DNA of 64,000 nt from Girardia tigrina (Eukaryota), in assembly GCA_001938485.1 (NCBI GenBank), contig MQRK01183776.1, positions 13,592 through 77,591 of the forward strand, given 5' to 3'. The notes under the pieces are model-generated. The model searched no databases. It worked only from the letters and a program-made list of their open reading frames with translations, and was not told the DNA's origin. The position numbers and the translations under genes were made by a program. The first letter of the stretch is position 1; each line of letters begins with the position of its first letter. Of the stretch, positions 25,717 to 38,540 are shown piece by piece.

Positions 25717-28700
25717 ACATCTTTATATAAATATTTCAGTGATTGTCATTCGACAAAATATAACAGGAAAAAATGCCCATTTGAATCGTCTTTGGGCAAG
25801 AAGAGAGGAGAATTTATAAATAAATATAACAATAAATAATTTATAATTTCAATTTCGAAACAATTATTATTAAAGTGTCTCAAATGTATCTATTTTGTTC
25901 ATTGGTGTAAATGTACATTTTTATTTTTTTATGTATGTGTTATTAATTTCTTTGTGTAACATTTCTCTGTCACCAGTGACAATCACCATAACAACCAAAA
26001 AATGCGAATCTGATACATCACTCGAAAAAAGTATAAAGTCGAATGATGTAGATCGAAGTAAACAAAAATTTTAAGTAAGCTGGAGCTAAAAACGAACATC
26101 TAGCATCTGCTATTCCAAATAATATTGGAGATGAATCTGTTCGCACACTTCATGATTACGTCAATGGTAATAGCTCCAAAGATTGTAGTAAGACTGTGAA
26201 GCCAGAAAGAAAAACGAAAGCCTTTAATGGAAGCAAGAAATAAGATTTATAAATATTACAACATGGATTTAAAAAAAATCGATAAATCAGAATTAATATA
26301 AATTTCGCGATTAGTTATCGCTAACAAAATCTGGTCAAGCGTAAACAAAAAAAACAACAATCCTCCCAACGACAATCGGTGCATCAACCTTGACAACCTC
26401 AGATAATCAACCGATCAATTCAATGTATATCTTCGTTTTGGACAATACTCCCCATCATCCCTAGTTTGGTGAATAATTATATTGTTTACGAAATCGTAAT
26501 AATCATTACGACTTACATTTTTTTAACAATATAGTTATTTTGTACGTTGGTTTGTTTTTTTTGGTATTTTTAGATTGCTAAGCTCATTTAACTTACTTGT
26601 TAGATTAGCTTAGTAATTCTTCCCTGTATAGATTGATTCATAGTCACTATCGTTCATCTGATAGGTGAGTCATTCTATAATTGGTATTAAATCATAAACA
26701 TTGTAAGACAATGTTGAGTTGGGGCATTGTACCGTTGCTGCCAACTGTTCTGGACGTCGATCCCTGCATCGAGGCAGGAGAAAACTTGGTTGTTATTATA
26801 CTCATATTTAAGAAAAACAATGTAAAAACTCGAATATCCGTTTTATTTCGGTTGTCAACCATTTATCTTTACAGCACATTTAAATTTTTTTGAGTAGATT
26901 TTTTGTGTTAATTAGTTCACTTAAACAATTTTCTTTATTTTGACATTAAACTTTTTGCTTGTTCATTGTTTTCGGTTCACTTTTCTTTTTTCTTATACTT
27001 TCATTTTTTTTAATTAACAACAAGGTTTCATTGGTAATGAAAATTATTATTTATTAATTTAGAAATTTGCAAAAGTGAAAAAAATATATTAATATCAAAA
27101 TTTGTTAATTTTGGTTTTACTTTTGTGAATTAATTTTTTTGAGAAATATTTAACAAGTTCATTATGTGCTATTCGGTGGTCACTACATACAAGAACTAAG
27201 ATTGTTTTTGCAAAAAGTGAAAGCCATCTGCTTCTACACATTTCTCTTTCCGTTAAGACAGCTGTTTAATTTCATCAAAATACCAATCATAGGATCTACA
27301 GTCCAACAATTGATGAAACCATATCTTGAAATATTTCTGTACTTTAAAAAATCTTGCAGAAAAAGTGGCCTTCAGTCTAAATGGATAGTGATCTGAACAT
27401 GATAGGTTTTGGTTAGTAGAAATATAATCGCTCGTGTAATTAAAATTATTATATATTCCGAATATTCATCGTATCCCATAAAAAGTATACAACAAGACAT
27501 TTTTACGAATCATATAGATTTATAAATGTTAGAAATCTATAGAAAATTCTGGGTTAAACATGTATTAAAATTTATTTTTTATATAAAAAAAATTTAATCA
27601 TTTTATTAGAGTTTGTCATTATGAGTAATAATTTTTAATATGTAATTACCATCCTCCACAATATCAAGGACCGGTCACTTAATAATCTAGATATTGAAGG
27701 GGCTTCCTTACACTTATTGCTCATTTCGTGGAATTGGCTTCTATCTCATGAGCTGATATCATCCCTTTCAGAATTTCTGTCTGCAATGCAATCATTGGAA
27801 TCTATTTATAATCGTTTTTGATTGTTGGATCACTCAAAGGCTGGATAATATCTCTTTCATATTTATTTATATAATGAGTTTTTTATACTCATATCAACAT
27901 TTATATTTACCAAATTTATATTTACATGTACTCATGTTTATATTAAATGTGGACCAGTCCAAGCTGAAAGATCATACTCATGAACATATTAAATGTAAAT
28001 ATATTATACAAATCGTATATTAAATAAAAATGTATTATATATTTTATATAAATCATATATTAAATGAAAATTTAAAAATTTTATAATAATGATGAAATAA
28101 GTAATCGCGTAGCGATCAAATTAATATTTGAATTACAATTAAAAATAAAAATAAAAACTAATATTAACGAGATTCCGATCTGCAATAATTATTATCGTTC
28201 CACATAGAAATAATTACCAAAACAAAATATTCACACAAGATTATTTATCATCAACATTTCCAAGGACTACTATTTATCCAATAACGGAAAAAATAAGTTA
28301 ACCTAAGTTGTAATTATTATCAATTCAATGTAAAAACAGAAAGCACATGAATTAATTTTTTTATGAAGCTAATTAAAAGATCCAAATCACTCTCAAGAGT
28401 TTACTAGTTATCTTACAATCACGAAATCAAGTAATTCAAACTCTCATTCCTTTTCCTATGATTCAATATTTCGACTTTCTTTTTTTCTATCTGTTGTCTC
28501 GTTTAGAATAGTTTTAATAATAAACTTCATATTAGTTATATATTTTCTTATTTTTACAACATAAGTGAGTCTATTGAGTCAGTTACCGAATTCGTCGGCT
28601 CCTTTAATAAAATTGTCTTTTGACCATCATTTATCCATTAATTACTTATCCCATTAACTAAATAATTTGCTTATCCAATTATCCCTTCTCTAAACCATCA

Positions 28701-29440
28701 CCCTCATATTCAACATTGGTTTTTCACTGTCCGATTAATGTTTAGATATGTGCTTTATTATTCAATTGTCACCAAGCTCCCCTGCGAATGCAGACTTCAA
28801 TGAATTGATTGCATACGGCCCCGATCACGTTTCTATGTATTTTTAACTTATAGAAATACTCTCACCAATTCTGAAAGAATTTTTCTCTTCGAGAAAATAC
28901 TCATCCTTCCAGATGTAATTTAAGAGGAATTTTCTTATTTATATTTATCTTAACTTTCATTCCACTGCCGCTTATCCAATATCATCGGCAGTCGAAACTT
29001 TGCATGAAACATCAAGTTATGGCTCCCTGATCCATACTAAAAAAATTTTAACCAATCGTATTTTTAGATTTCGATTTGATTGCCTTAATGATTCAATTTC
29101 TCTCGCACATCAAATTTTCTCTATATTACGAAGCCTTGTTAAATTTTCCAGATATTTAGAATTTGTCTCATTGTGGAACTTCTGTAAGCAGCTCCATTAT
29201 CAGAGAAGAAACGTTTGGGTGGTCTAAATTCTGAATATAAAATTTCTACGTACTAACTAATTTAATCCTCAAATGCACTACGTAATTTTTTACAAGTTAA
29301 TCGCAGAATGGGATCGTGCGAGAGTCGGTGCAGCCTTGTGGTGCCGATGGGAGGTCTATGAGTCGTAATGAGACTAAGATTTGGAGCACCTTATAAATAT
29401 TACACTGGGTTCCGTTTTCGGAATATACATAATAATTCAG

Positions 29441-29746
29441 CTAGTATAGATTTCTGGCAATCACGTTTCTCATATTACTGTTTTCTTCGTGTTTTGGGTT
29501 GGAAACACCACCAGTGTTGTCACCACTTCCCCCTGGAAATTCCTTGAAAAGACTAGAATCATCATGGCCAACTCCATTTTTAGCATATACTGCATCATTG
29601 GCATTTTCTGGATCATTAAATTCAATAAACACAACTGGTGATTGCTTCCCATATTTTATATCGTAATCGAAAATTTTACCATATTTATAAATTAAATCAT
29701 AAAATTGTCGATTTCGAATATCCAGAGAAAATTTTCCATCGTTCAT
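29441..29746 (-). pseudogene. SRSF1/SRSF9-like (ASF/SF2) RRM1 decayed copy
   Basis: DIRNRQFYDLIYKYGKI..DIKYGKQSPVVFIEFNDPENANDAVYAKNG....LFKEFPGG aligns by eye with SRSF1 [38 protein letters not shown]...LRVEFPR; RNP motifs degraded. Confidence 0.75.
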
Positions 29747-30449
29747 TTTCCTCTAGCTTAAATCACCCGAATCAGACATGACAAGTTCAAAAGATAAATT
29801 CATTTTCAATAATAATTATTTTTCCGAAACCGAAAGTCAAATCAAAACAAGTCAATTTTCAATAATTTTTAATTTTTGTAAACCAAAGCCAATTTTCAAC
29901 ACTTCCACCAAATTTCGCAATTTTAAACAAACAACAAAACCAACCTTATTTTCAATTTCCTTTATCAAACAAATTTCATTATTGAAATTCACACAAATAA
30001 ATTTACAAATTGATGAGTTTTTTAAAATAAAATCACACATTTTACTAACTTCTCTTTTTTTCCATAAAAAGTTACACTCAAAACTAAATAAAATTCCAAA
30101 CACAAATATCAATTAAGATAAAATTTTCATAAATAACAGATGAAATAGCAAAGATCAAGATTTACAAATTATTATTGATATACTTGAACGTTTTTTAAGT
30201 CTGGGTTGACTTCAATACCCAAGCTCCCCAGGGGCCGAAAGCCCCCTACTAAACTCGTCAAAACACAAGTTCAGAACCTTATTGCTGATCTAGGCAACAT
30301 CGTTAAAATAAATCCCGTCGCTATAGAGTTGATACCACAGTTGATAATATTACTTGATGATATGTCACTGATGGGTCTTGGAAGATCTTATTAAATTAAT
30401 TAAAAAATTTATTAACTTGATCCAACTTAACTGAGCTAATCTCATATTT

Positions 30450-31200
30450 TTCTCTTAATAGTTAACTTGTTCTGTCGAGCATAAAGTAACAAATATCATG
30501 GAATTGTCCACACAGTTTAAAACGGGAAGATTGTCGGAGCCATCGAGCTTGCGCAAGTGCTTCTGCAAGTCGGTAAGTCGATCAAATAAATACATTATTC
30601 CATCGAGTCTCACAGTAACGTTTTACAACACCCTAATACACTCCACTAGAATATTGAAAGCTGTTTTTATGAATTCGACGTTGTTAAGGGCTTTGCGGAT
30701 AATTAGGTACATCACGTGGGCCGCTCACCAAAGGGAATGGACAGTGGATTGCTTTTGAAAAACCCGTTCTATGGCAGCAACCATGCGTCTGGCATTGTCT
30801 GTAACGGTGATTCGAAAGTTGTCCAGCTCAGTGAGAACATCAAGGACGCTTTGCTAAATAGATACCAATGTTGTGTCAGTTTACATGAAACTGCGTATAA
30901 TATAGGTTTAGATGGTTCAAGAGAGAAGAGCAAAATAATAGTCATATGTTTCTTACTGTTTCACAACTTTTTCCATTCATCAGGGCCTGACCCAACCTTA
31001 GATCATAACTCGTCGACGAGTGTCTCATCGTCCGATCGATGGCACATCGATTCCTCTGTGTTTGTAGTGATCCTCGAGAGAAAGAGACGAGCCATTGGGT
31101 CCCATTTTCCACTGTCGTATTCCACCAAATCGTCTTTGATAGCGATAGCAACGTGGTGAAGATTACTGCAGACATTACCACGATTTATGGTTGGTAAACC
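30450..31200 (-). mobile_element. hAT (Ac/ZBED-like) transposase relic
   Basis: VTDNARRMVAAI...W*AAHVMYLII (TDNA, CxxH) and ETRWN motifs with stops and frameshifts. Confidence 0.65.
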
Positions 31201-32486
31201 TAAACATTGTGAAATAACAGGGTTCTCGGATAATTGGAGAGGCAGAATGTGTTGACTGCATGCTAGTGTTAATACACATTTCTGAGCAGCGGAGAAGTAA
31301 AAGTGACACTTCTTTGGTGAAGGGGCTATAAATCTTGTCTACACCAGAGTTGGTTGGTTTGATTTCATTTTATTCTTTTCCTTTGTTTGTGACACCTTTG
31401 GATGTTTGCTATCTTACACTGCAGGCACCGGTTTTTTGCAGGTTTTACTTGAATTTTTCACGACACATCTTGCAGGAGGTTGAAGCACATTAGATATGAA
31501 TGTCGTAGAAATGTGAGTAGGTGACACTATTGGGATGCGAGCAAATTGCTTCCGCCTCGGATATCTTCTCTATATTTTTCTTATAAATTTGCGATTTGTT
31601 TTTTTTAAAAAAACTCTAAAATTCGACGACAGATTTAAAAAATAAAGCGTCTAAACAAATGCTATTATAAAAAGGGTTTACATAACACTTTAGTTAATTC
31701 TAAAATTTAAAATTTTTGGTAGAAAAATATTTGAGATGTTCTTTAACATATTTTATATTTATTTTAATGTTTTTGGATTATAAGTTTTTTAAATAATTAA
31801 AGTAGTAAATAAAGTATTTATTAATTTTTAAAATAATTTGTTAAAATTTAAGGTATTTTATGTTAATTTACATCCACTAAGAATTCTAAAAAATTTCTGT
31901 GATTTAATACTGACTCCCAATTTATTACTTTTAATCAAAAAAAATAATATTTTAATAAATTATAATTTTCATATAATTTAAACCATTTTAACAATTTTAT
32001 AAAGTATTCAAATTATATAAAGTATTCAAATCAAATGTATTGAGGTTATCTAGTGTTTTATGTATTAAATAAAATAAAACTCAAATGATTTTACAAACTT
32101 TATTCTTTATGTACATTTGTTACAATTAATAGAGTAAAACAGAAATATTATTTTTATTTGGCTCCTGGCCGATTTTATAATTACAGAGAATCTTTGCCAT
32201 TACCCGAGATTGATTATTTTCACAGGTTAACGCTGTACTCTTTCAGTACAAATAAAAAAATATATATTATAACAATATTTCTTTTTAATTATTATTATTA
32301 CTCAGCCAGCAACTTGGCTTCTTTTCTTTTTGTAAATATTTTTCTTTTCTTATTTAATTTAACTCTTTTAACTAAATTTGGTTAAACTTTTCAATTTAAT
32401 CAGTCTTTTCCTTATTTTCTTTTCTCGCTCTATTTGTGCGTTGACTTCAAACTTTATTAATAATATTTGCATGTATTTGTTTATAT

Positions 32487-32700
32487 CAGAGGTTCCCAAA
32501 CTTTTTGGCCTACCGCCCCCTTTCCAGAAAAAATATTACTTAGCGCCCCCTGAAAATTAATTTCTTCTTCTTTCTTTTATACTATCACCGCCCCCTTACA
32601 GATATTCATCGCCCCCAAATGCCGTCTGTGGCCATCACCGCCCCTCTGGATTGCTGCAGCGCCCACAAGGGGGCGGTAGCGCCCACTTTGGGAACCACTG
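32487..32700. mobile_element. hAT-Charlie-type MITE, 214 bp
   Basis: TIRs CAGAGGTTCCCAAA / TTTGGGAACCACTG; 8-bp TSD GTTTATAT; internal CGCCCCC repeats. Confidence 0.92.
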
Positions 32701-33073
32701 GTTTATATGAAACGTAAACTGATAAGTCTGTTGATAGATAATTGAAATAATAATTATTGTCTAATTGAAATCGGTCTAGATGTACCGAATTAATTAATAG
32801 TGAGAATTTTAGTCAAATTCTTTTGACCTTTTATATTAATTTAAAATATTTTTATTGATAATATATATAAAAATAATTAACTTTTCTTTATTTTTGTTTA
32901 TTTTCTTCTTATCTTTAATTCGACTTATTTATATAAGAAATATAATTTTACTCGTTTTGACATAAATATTGCATTTATGAAGATAAAAATATTAATTAAT
33001 TATTTTATAAATTAAAACAAAATACATAAAATATAAATTTTAAAATATTATCTCAACAATAATTAATATATTC

Positions 33074-33120
33074 AAATTACTGATGATGATATATGAAACA
33101 ACGAAACATGTTCAATAATT
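33074..33120 (+). ncRNA. Degenerate minimal hammerhead motif
   Basis: AATTA-CTGATGA...GAAACATGTT..TAATT; palindromic stem III, weak stem II. Confidence 0.4.
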
Positions 33121-33158
33121 ACTTAACACAAGCTTTAATCAATTAATATTTTTACTAC

Positions 33159-33159
<1 letters not shown>

Positions 33160-33201
<42 letters not shown>
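33160..33201. repeat. (TA)n microsatellite
   Basis: Direct observation; further (TA)n tracts at ~39313, ~63301 and beside several gaps. Confidence 0.95.
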
Positions 33202-33202
<1 letters not shown>

Positions 33203-34075
33203 TCAACCCCAACCCTTCTATCGCCTTTCACATTCCTTTAAGTTATATGTTTGTATATAAATATAATATAATATATAATCTGTTATTTATATATATAATG
33301 TGAAATGCTAAAGCTCTTATATATCTTGGGCCATTCTTTGCGTCAGGCACCAAAGAACGGGCGGTAAATTTCCTTACGGGCGACGGGCTCGGGAGCGTGC
33401 CGGACTCAACCCTAGATTATAACTCGTCGGCGAGTGTCTCATCGTCCGATCGATGGCACATTGATTCCTCTGTGTTTGTAGTGATCCTCGAGAGAAAGAA
33501 ACGATTTTTTATAATGAATATTCCATTTAAACTGCCATAGTTTTTAGTTTTTTCTTTTATTTCAGCGACAGTTTTGATTTTTAATATTTATTTTATTGTG
33601 ATAATTGATCGATTTTCATAAATAAATTACTATTTTACGAATTTATATTCTTACTCTCCGAATTCATCACATTAATTATCGATGAAATAATTTAAATTCC
33701 TTTCCGACAAAATTTTTTAATTAGCGTTTTAAAATTATTAATTCGAAATTTAATTTCACTATTTTCGTCCATTTGGTTTCCGGAAAAAAATTCACATTTT
33801 TATTGAAATGAAGGAATTCGAGTTAAACGATTTTAATATCTATTAATTTCAAGGTAAAATCACAAAAAAACAATTTTTATTTTTAAGTTGCCGCAATAAC
33901 AAATTTTCTCCAAAGTCAACATTTTAAATCCATTTTTTGTATAATCACGTTCAATTTTTTTACAATTCAAAAATTTGCCAATTTACAAAAAAAATCATGC
34001 GTTTAAACTACTCGAAATTAGTTTTTTTATTTCATTAATTATCATTAAAATAATTCTTTTTTAATTATTTAAATA

Positions 34076-35140
34076 CAGTAGCCTCTGATTTATTTGAATT
34101 TTTGGGGATTTGAAAAATGGTCAAAACTTATGAAAATGTTTGAAAAATGCCATTTAATCATTTGGGAAAAAATGAAACACATTTTTTACTAAACTTTATT
34201 GCAAGACAAAGGATCATCTAATTTTGTTTGTTTGGAAGCATTTTATTTTTCTATGTTATTAATTTTCTTAATTTTGTTCAAGGGTTGAAATAAATCAATA
34301 TCACTATTTTCCGTGCACATAAGGAAATTCCCCAATGTATTATCGCCTTGTTTTTTAATGTAGTTTCTTTTTTATCTTCTTTGTTGTTACGTCTTCAACC
34401 ACATTTACATGACTGATATTTTCAATAGCTATTGCAACAATCTGATCCGGGGTAATTGGTTCTTCAATTAGGGAAGGATTAACGTTACAGATTTCATCAA
34501 AAGATGAGCCTGTGTTGAAAAGATCTTGTAATTCATTGACTTTTAAAATATTCATGACTCTTAGCTGTGGTTAAAGCAGATGGTAATTAATTCCTTGGCA
34601 ATCAAATCCCATGTCTCTGATATAAAATGAATTACTTCACATAGAGTAACACTTTTAATTAAAAAATTTTTTAGCATTTATCTAATAGAATTCCTCAAGC
34701 CCTTTTTGTAAAACGATTTGTAAATTTTTTTTATTCATTGAACAAGTGGCTACCAATATAGATGTTGAATTGGGAGGTAGATATTGCACTTTAACATTTT
34801 TTAATACTATAATGGGATTAAGATTGGCACGGCGTATTGTCTACTAGTAAAACAATTTCTCTCATTCTTCTTAGCATTCGGCTATCAAATTTCTGAAGTC
34901 AGGAGTTTAATATCTTGCTGTTCATTCAGACTGATCTATTAGAGTCATAAATAACAGGAAGACTTTTTACATTTTTGAAATATCTATGTTTCTTAGGTTT
35001 TCCAATAATAAGTGATGGTAATTTATCAGACCCGGTATAATTTACCGCAAAAAGAGTTATTTTGTTTTTAGAATTTTTAAAAAAATTACATCTGTCATAT
35101 TTAGTAGTTAATGTTCTATCTAGTAAAAGTTCAAAAAGTA
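34076..35140 (-). mobile_element. Tigger/pogo-like transposase relic
   Basis: TA+CAGTA terminus; KNKITLFAVNYTGSDKLPSLIIGKPKKHRYFKNVKSLPVIY (DDE_1/CENP-B-like) and LLVDN. Confidence 0.8.
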
Positions 35141-36314
35141 ATCCTTGGTGACAGAGCGGGCACAGCGCTATTACAGAAATATGATGTTGACTGGAGAGCC
35201 ATGGGTTAAGTATAATAATTGGAATGATTACAACATCCAACAATCAAAACGGCTTTCGATTAGGAATTTCTGATAAAATTTCTTAAAATCATACTCGACA
35301 AAGCACCACAACAATGCAACCTTGTCAACAAATAATCCCTATTGTCGATTCCTTCATCAATAAAAATTGTATTAAATGAATTTGTCGATGTGATCATTCG
35401 AGCAATATTACAATACAAGCAATATTACATTACCATCACTAATATAATTTATCACAAATTTTAATCTAGGCACGGGATAATTGAAATTTTTTCGACGATT
35501 TAGTGTTCCAATATTATTCGATTGTTTGCGCAACATTCAAACCTTTGAACAACGACAAATTCGATCCAAAATAACTTTTCCCACTACCGATATCGACACA
35601 GTATCAATGTCATATAACTCACAAACTGCTCCTTCGTTCGATTTCAAACGAATTTTTCTCAGTAATCAAGACGGCGTCATGTGATAATCGATAAACGCTT
35701 CATTGATGCATTTTTCTTTCACGACACAAAGAATTCTAACGGTGAAAACCGAGCACAAAAATTGATAAATTTCTCTAAATCATAATCGACCAATCCGGAG
35801 TCGTTTACCGATTGACAATAGCATTGATTGGATCGATTTATCGCGACCCATTCAAATCCAGATTAACCATAATCGATGATTCACATTCAGGGATTTTGTC
35901 GCAATGATTCACGTAAATCGTGAGAATTTACGAGGCAATTGAGTTCCATTTGAATTCGATCGGGAATGAAATTCTTCCATAAATCGTTGACGAGAAAATC
36001 GTTTGAATTAGCGTTTATTAATTTAATAGAACCATGTAAAATTTCAATAAATTCATAATTATTTGCCGGTTGAAATTATGACTAAAATTTTTTTGTTAAT
36101 TTATTCTAATTTGCAAAATAAATTATTTCGGAATAATTTTTGAAATCCTCGAATAAAAAGAATAAGTCAAGTATTCAATTTTCAAATATTTATTTCACAA
36201 AAAATTGATTGATTCGAATAAACAAAATAAAAAACAATTCGTAATCTCATACAAATTAAAAAAAAATGATCAAAGAAATCAACCATTGACTAATCACAAA
36301 AGGAATCAATTCCT

Positions 36315-36885
36315 ACAATATGACTTGGGATTTCGCCGCCTCCGTTGCGATATGGTGGCTGTATCCTCCTGGAGCTCTGCTAAAAAGGCCTTTTTAATAA
36401 AAAAATATTGGGGGGCTTCTCCCTGGCATATAAAAGTCGTGAGCTTCCAAAGTACCGCGACGAATTCGTCGATTGACTCGCCTTGCTAAAGGTTTCGATT
36501 CCGGCACTCCTCAGAGCCGGCTCTTGGATCCGGTTCGAAAGTGACCGATAGTGCCACTTTAATTGATTCATAATCTTCTTGGTCTTTTGTCGAACGCGTG
36601 GCCCTCCACCAGCCGCGGGATCACTCCTGATTTATCGACTCCACAGACGGATATCGATGCCTTAAATTTCCTTACCAACGTGCTGAAATTTTCGGATCCA
36701 TCAAAAATGCGAACCGCGTCCGTGAATTTTATCCTGTTCATGCTGCGATAGCTTGTTATTTTAGAAAATCTCATAAAATGATAACTTAGGAACTAACACG
36801 CAATTTATTTATTTAAATTTAACTCAATATCGGGAAACAACCAATTTAAACAAACGAATTAATATTAGACAAATAATTAATTACA
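36315..36885 (-). mobile_element. LTR retrotransposon 5' fragment (LTR, atypical PBS, gag start)
   Basis: LTR end ..TAACA at 36754, then AGCTATCGCAGC and ATG (MNRIKFTDAVRIFDGSENF..). The LTR shares ATCGG-AAACAACC-ATTTAAACAAA with the 89-bp LTR. Confidence 0.7.
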
Positions 36886-38199
36886 CTGTCGTGGATCGAT
36901 TCTAAAACTCTTTTTCTTTAGAAAATCCAAATAATCTTTGAAATTTTCATCATTTTTAAATTGATTCGAAGACATAATTTAATTAGAATAATTTCAAATT
37001 TAGTGAAATTAGATATCGATTATTTAAACAAAAATTAATGACAAAACAATCCTGTTTCATCAGCATTGTATATTTGTTCAGGAGAGTATTTAGCAAACAT
37101 TTTAGGTTATCTCTCATGAATCTTATAAAATTCCAAAATTGTATCTGGTAGCTCTGGATGTTTTCCTTTTGCCATTTTCAACCTACTACTTCTCCAATTT
37201 GACTCTGTTATTTTCTTTTTTTCTTTTCCAATTAGTAATGATTGTATCACTTAAATCATAATCGGCAGCTTTATCTTTCTATGTCTTCACTTTATCTTCA
37301 AGTAATTTGAGAACTAAAATGTATTACAAATAACCACGCACAAATTTTTAAAATACAAGTTTATCAACAATGGATGGATCAAGATTGGAACGACTTTTAC
37401 CTAACAAATGTCCTGCTTAGCTGAATGCCGATTCGGAAGAAACACTCTGCGGGAATGGACAAATCGGCCAATTAAACAGAAACCTAACTCTCCCAGTCTT
37501 TTTATTTATATTGTCAAATTCTTACTCCATAAATTTCCACGTTTTACTGGTGCAACATGTTCCATTTTGCTTTTTGCGATATTGAAAAGCCATAACTTAG
37601 CTTGGTTTAAAAAATAATCACTCACTAAATTGAACTGTTTAATAAATTGAATTACAATATTTTAATGATACTTTACCATTCGAACAAAGATTTTCTTCTA
37701 GTTTACTAAAGAAAATTTCTGTTTCTTGGAAAATAATTTCAAATATTCAAACAACAACAAATCGATCAGTAAAAATAATTCAATCATTAAAACGTCAAAA
37801 TTCGCAGTATAATTTTATATATTAAAACACGCTTTTACACGAATTATCAAAAGACGCGATAGGCCGCCTTGGAGATACTGATGCTGTTACCGCGGGTCAA
37901 ATTTTTATTTACAGTTGATTTTTGTTTACACTAAAACGTAAGAAGTGATCCTTTTTTGTGTTTGAAATCGCCTTTAATTCTTGCAACCAATTTTCTACTT
38001 TTACTTCCAAATCTTTATCCTTTTCTATGGCATTCCACTTTTGAACCACTTCTTGACAAATCTTTCTGCTCTGCCTAGGATATGTCAGCACATACGCTTC
38101 AATAAGTACATTTTTTATCCATCATTAATTTGCCGCAATCAAAAAATTAATTAAAATAAATAAATTAAAAATGTTTCTAATTTCTATTTATATTATCCC

Positions 38200-38540
38200 T
38201 TAAAACCTTTTCATTTTGTAAAAAAATAATTATAGAAATGTAGTCTCTACCATGTTCTATTTACACTAGAATTATGAAACAAGATGTAAATTAAAGAGAA
38301 AAATATTCTATATTATTATGCCTGATGAATGAATAGTTTATAAGCAACTTGCTCAAGATGAGAATTAGATATTCTTAAATGTTAAACATAAATTATATTT
38401 TGTAGATCCGATATTTCAAGCAGAAAGTCAATGTATTGAATCATATTGGGCTCAATCTAAATATAGAATTAAAATAAAAAATGAGTTTATGGTGATTTAA
38501 ATGAATTTATATTTAAAGATAATGTTGCACCTGGAAATTA
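38200..38540 (+). mobile_element. Merlin/ISXO2-like transposase relic
   Basis: VKHKLYFVDPIFQAESQCIESYWAQSK resembles the ISXO2 motif VNHS..FVDP.TG.HTQ.IESxW. Confidence 0.65.
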
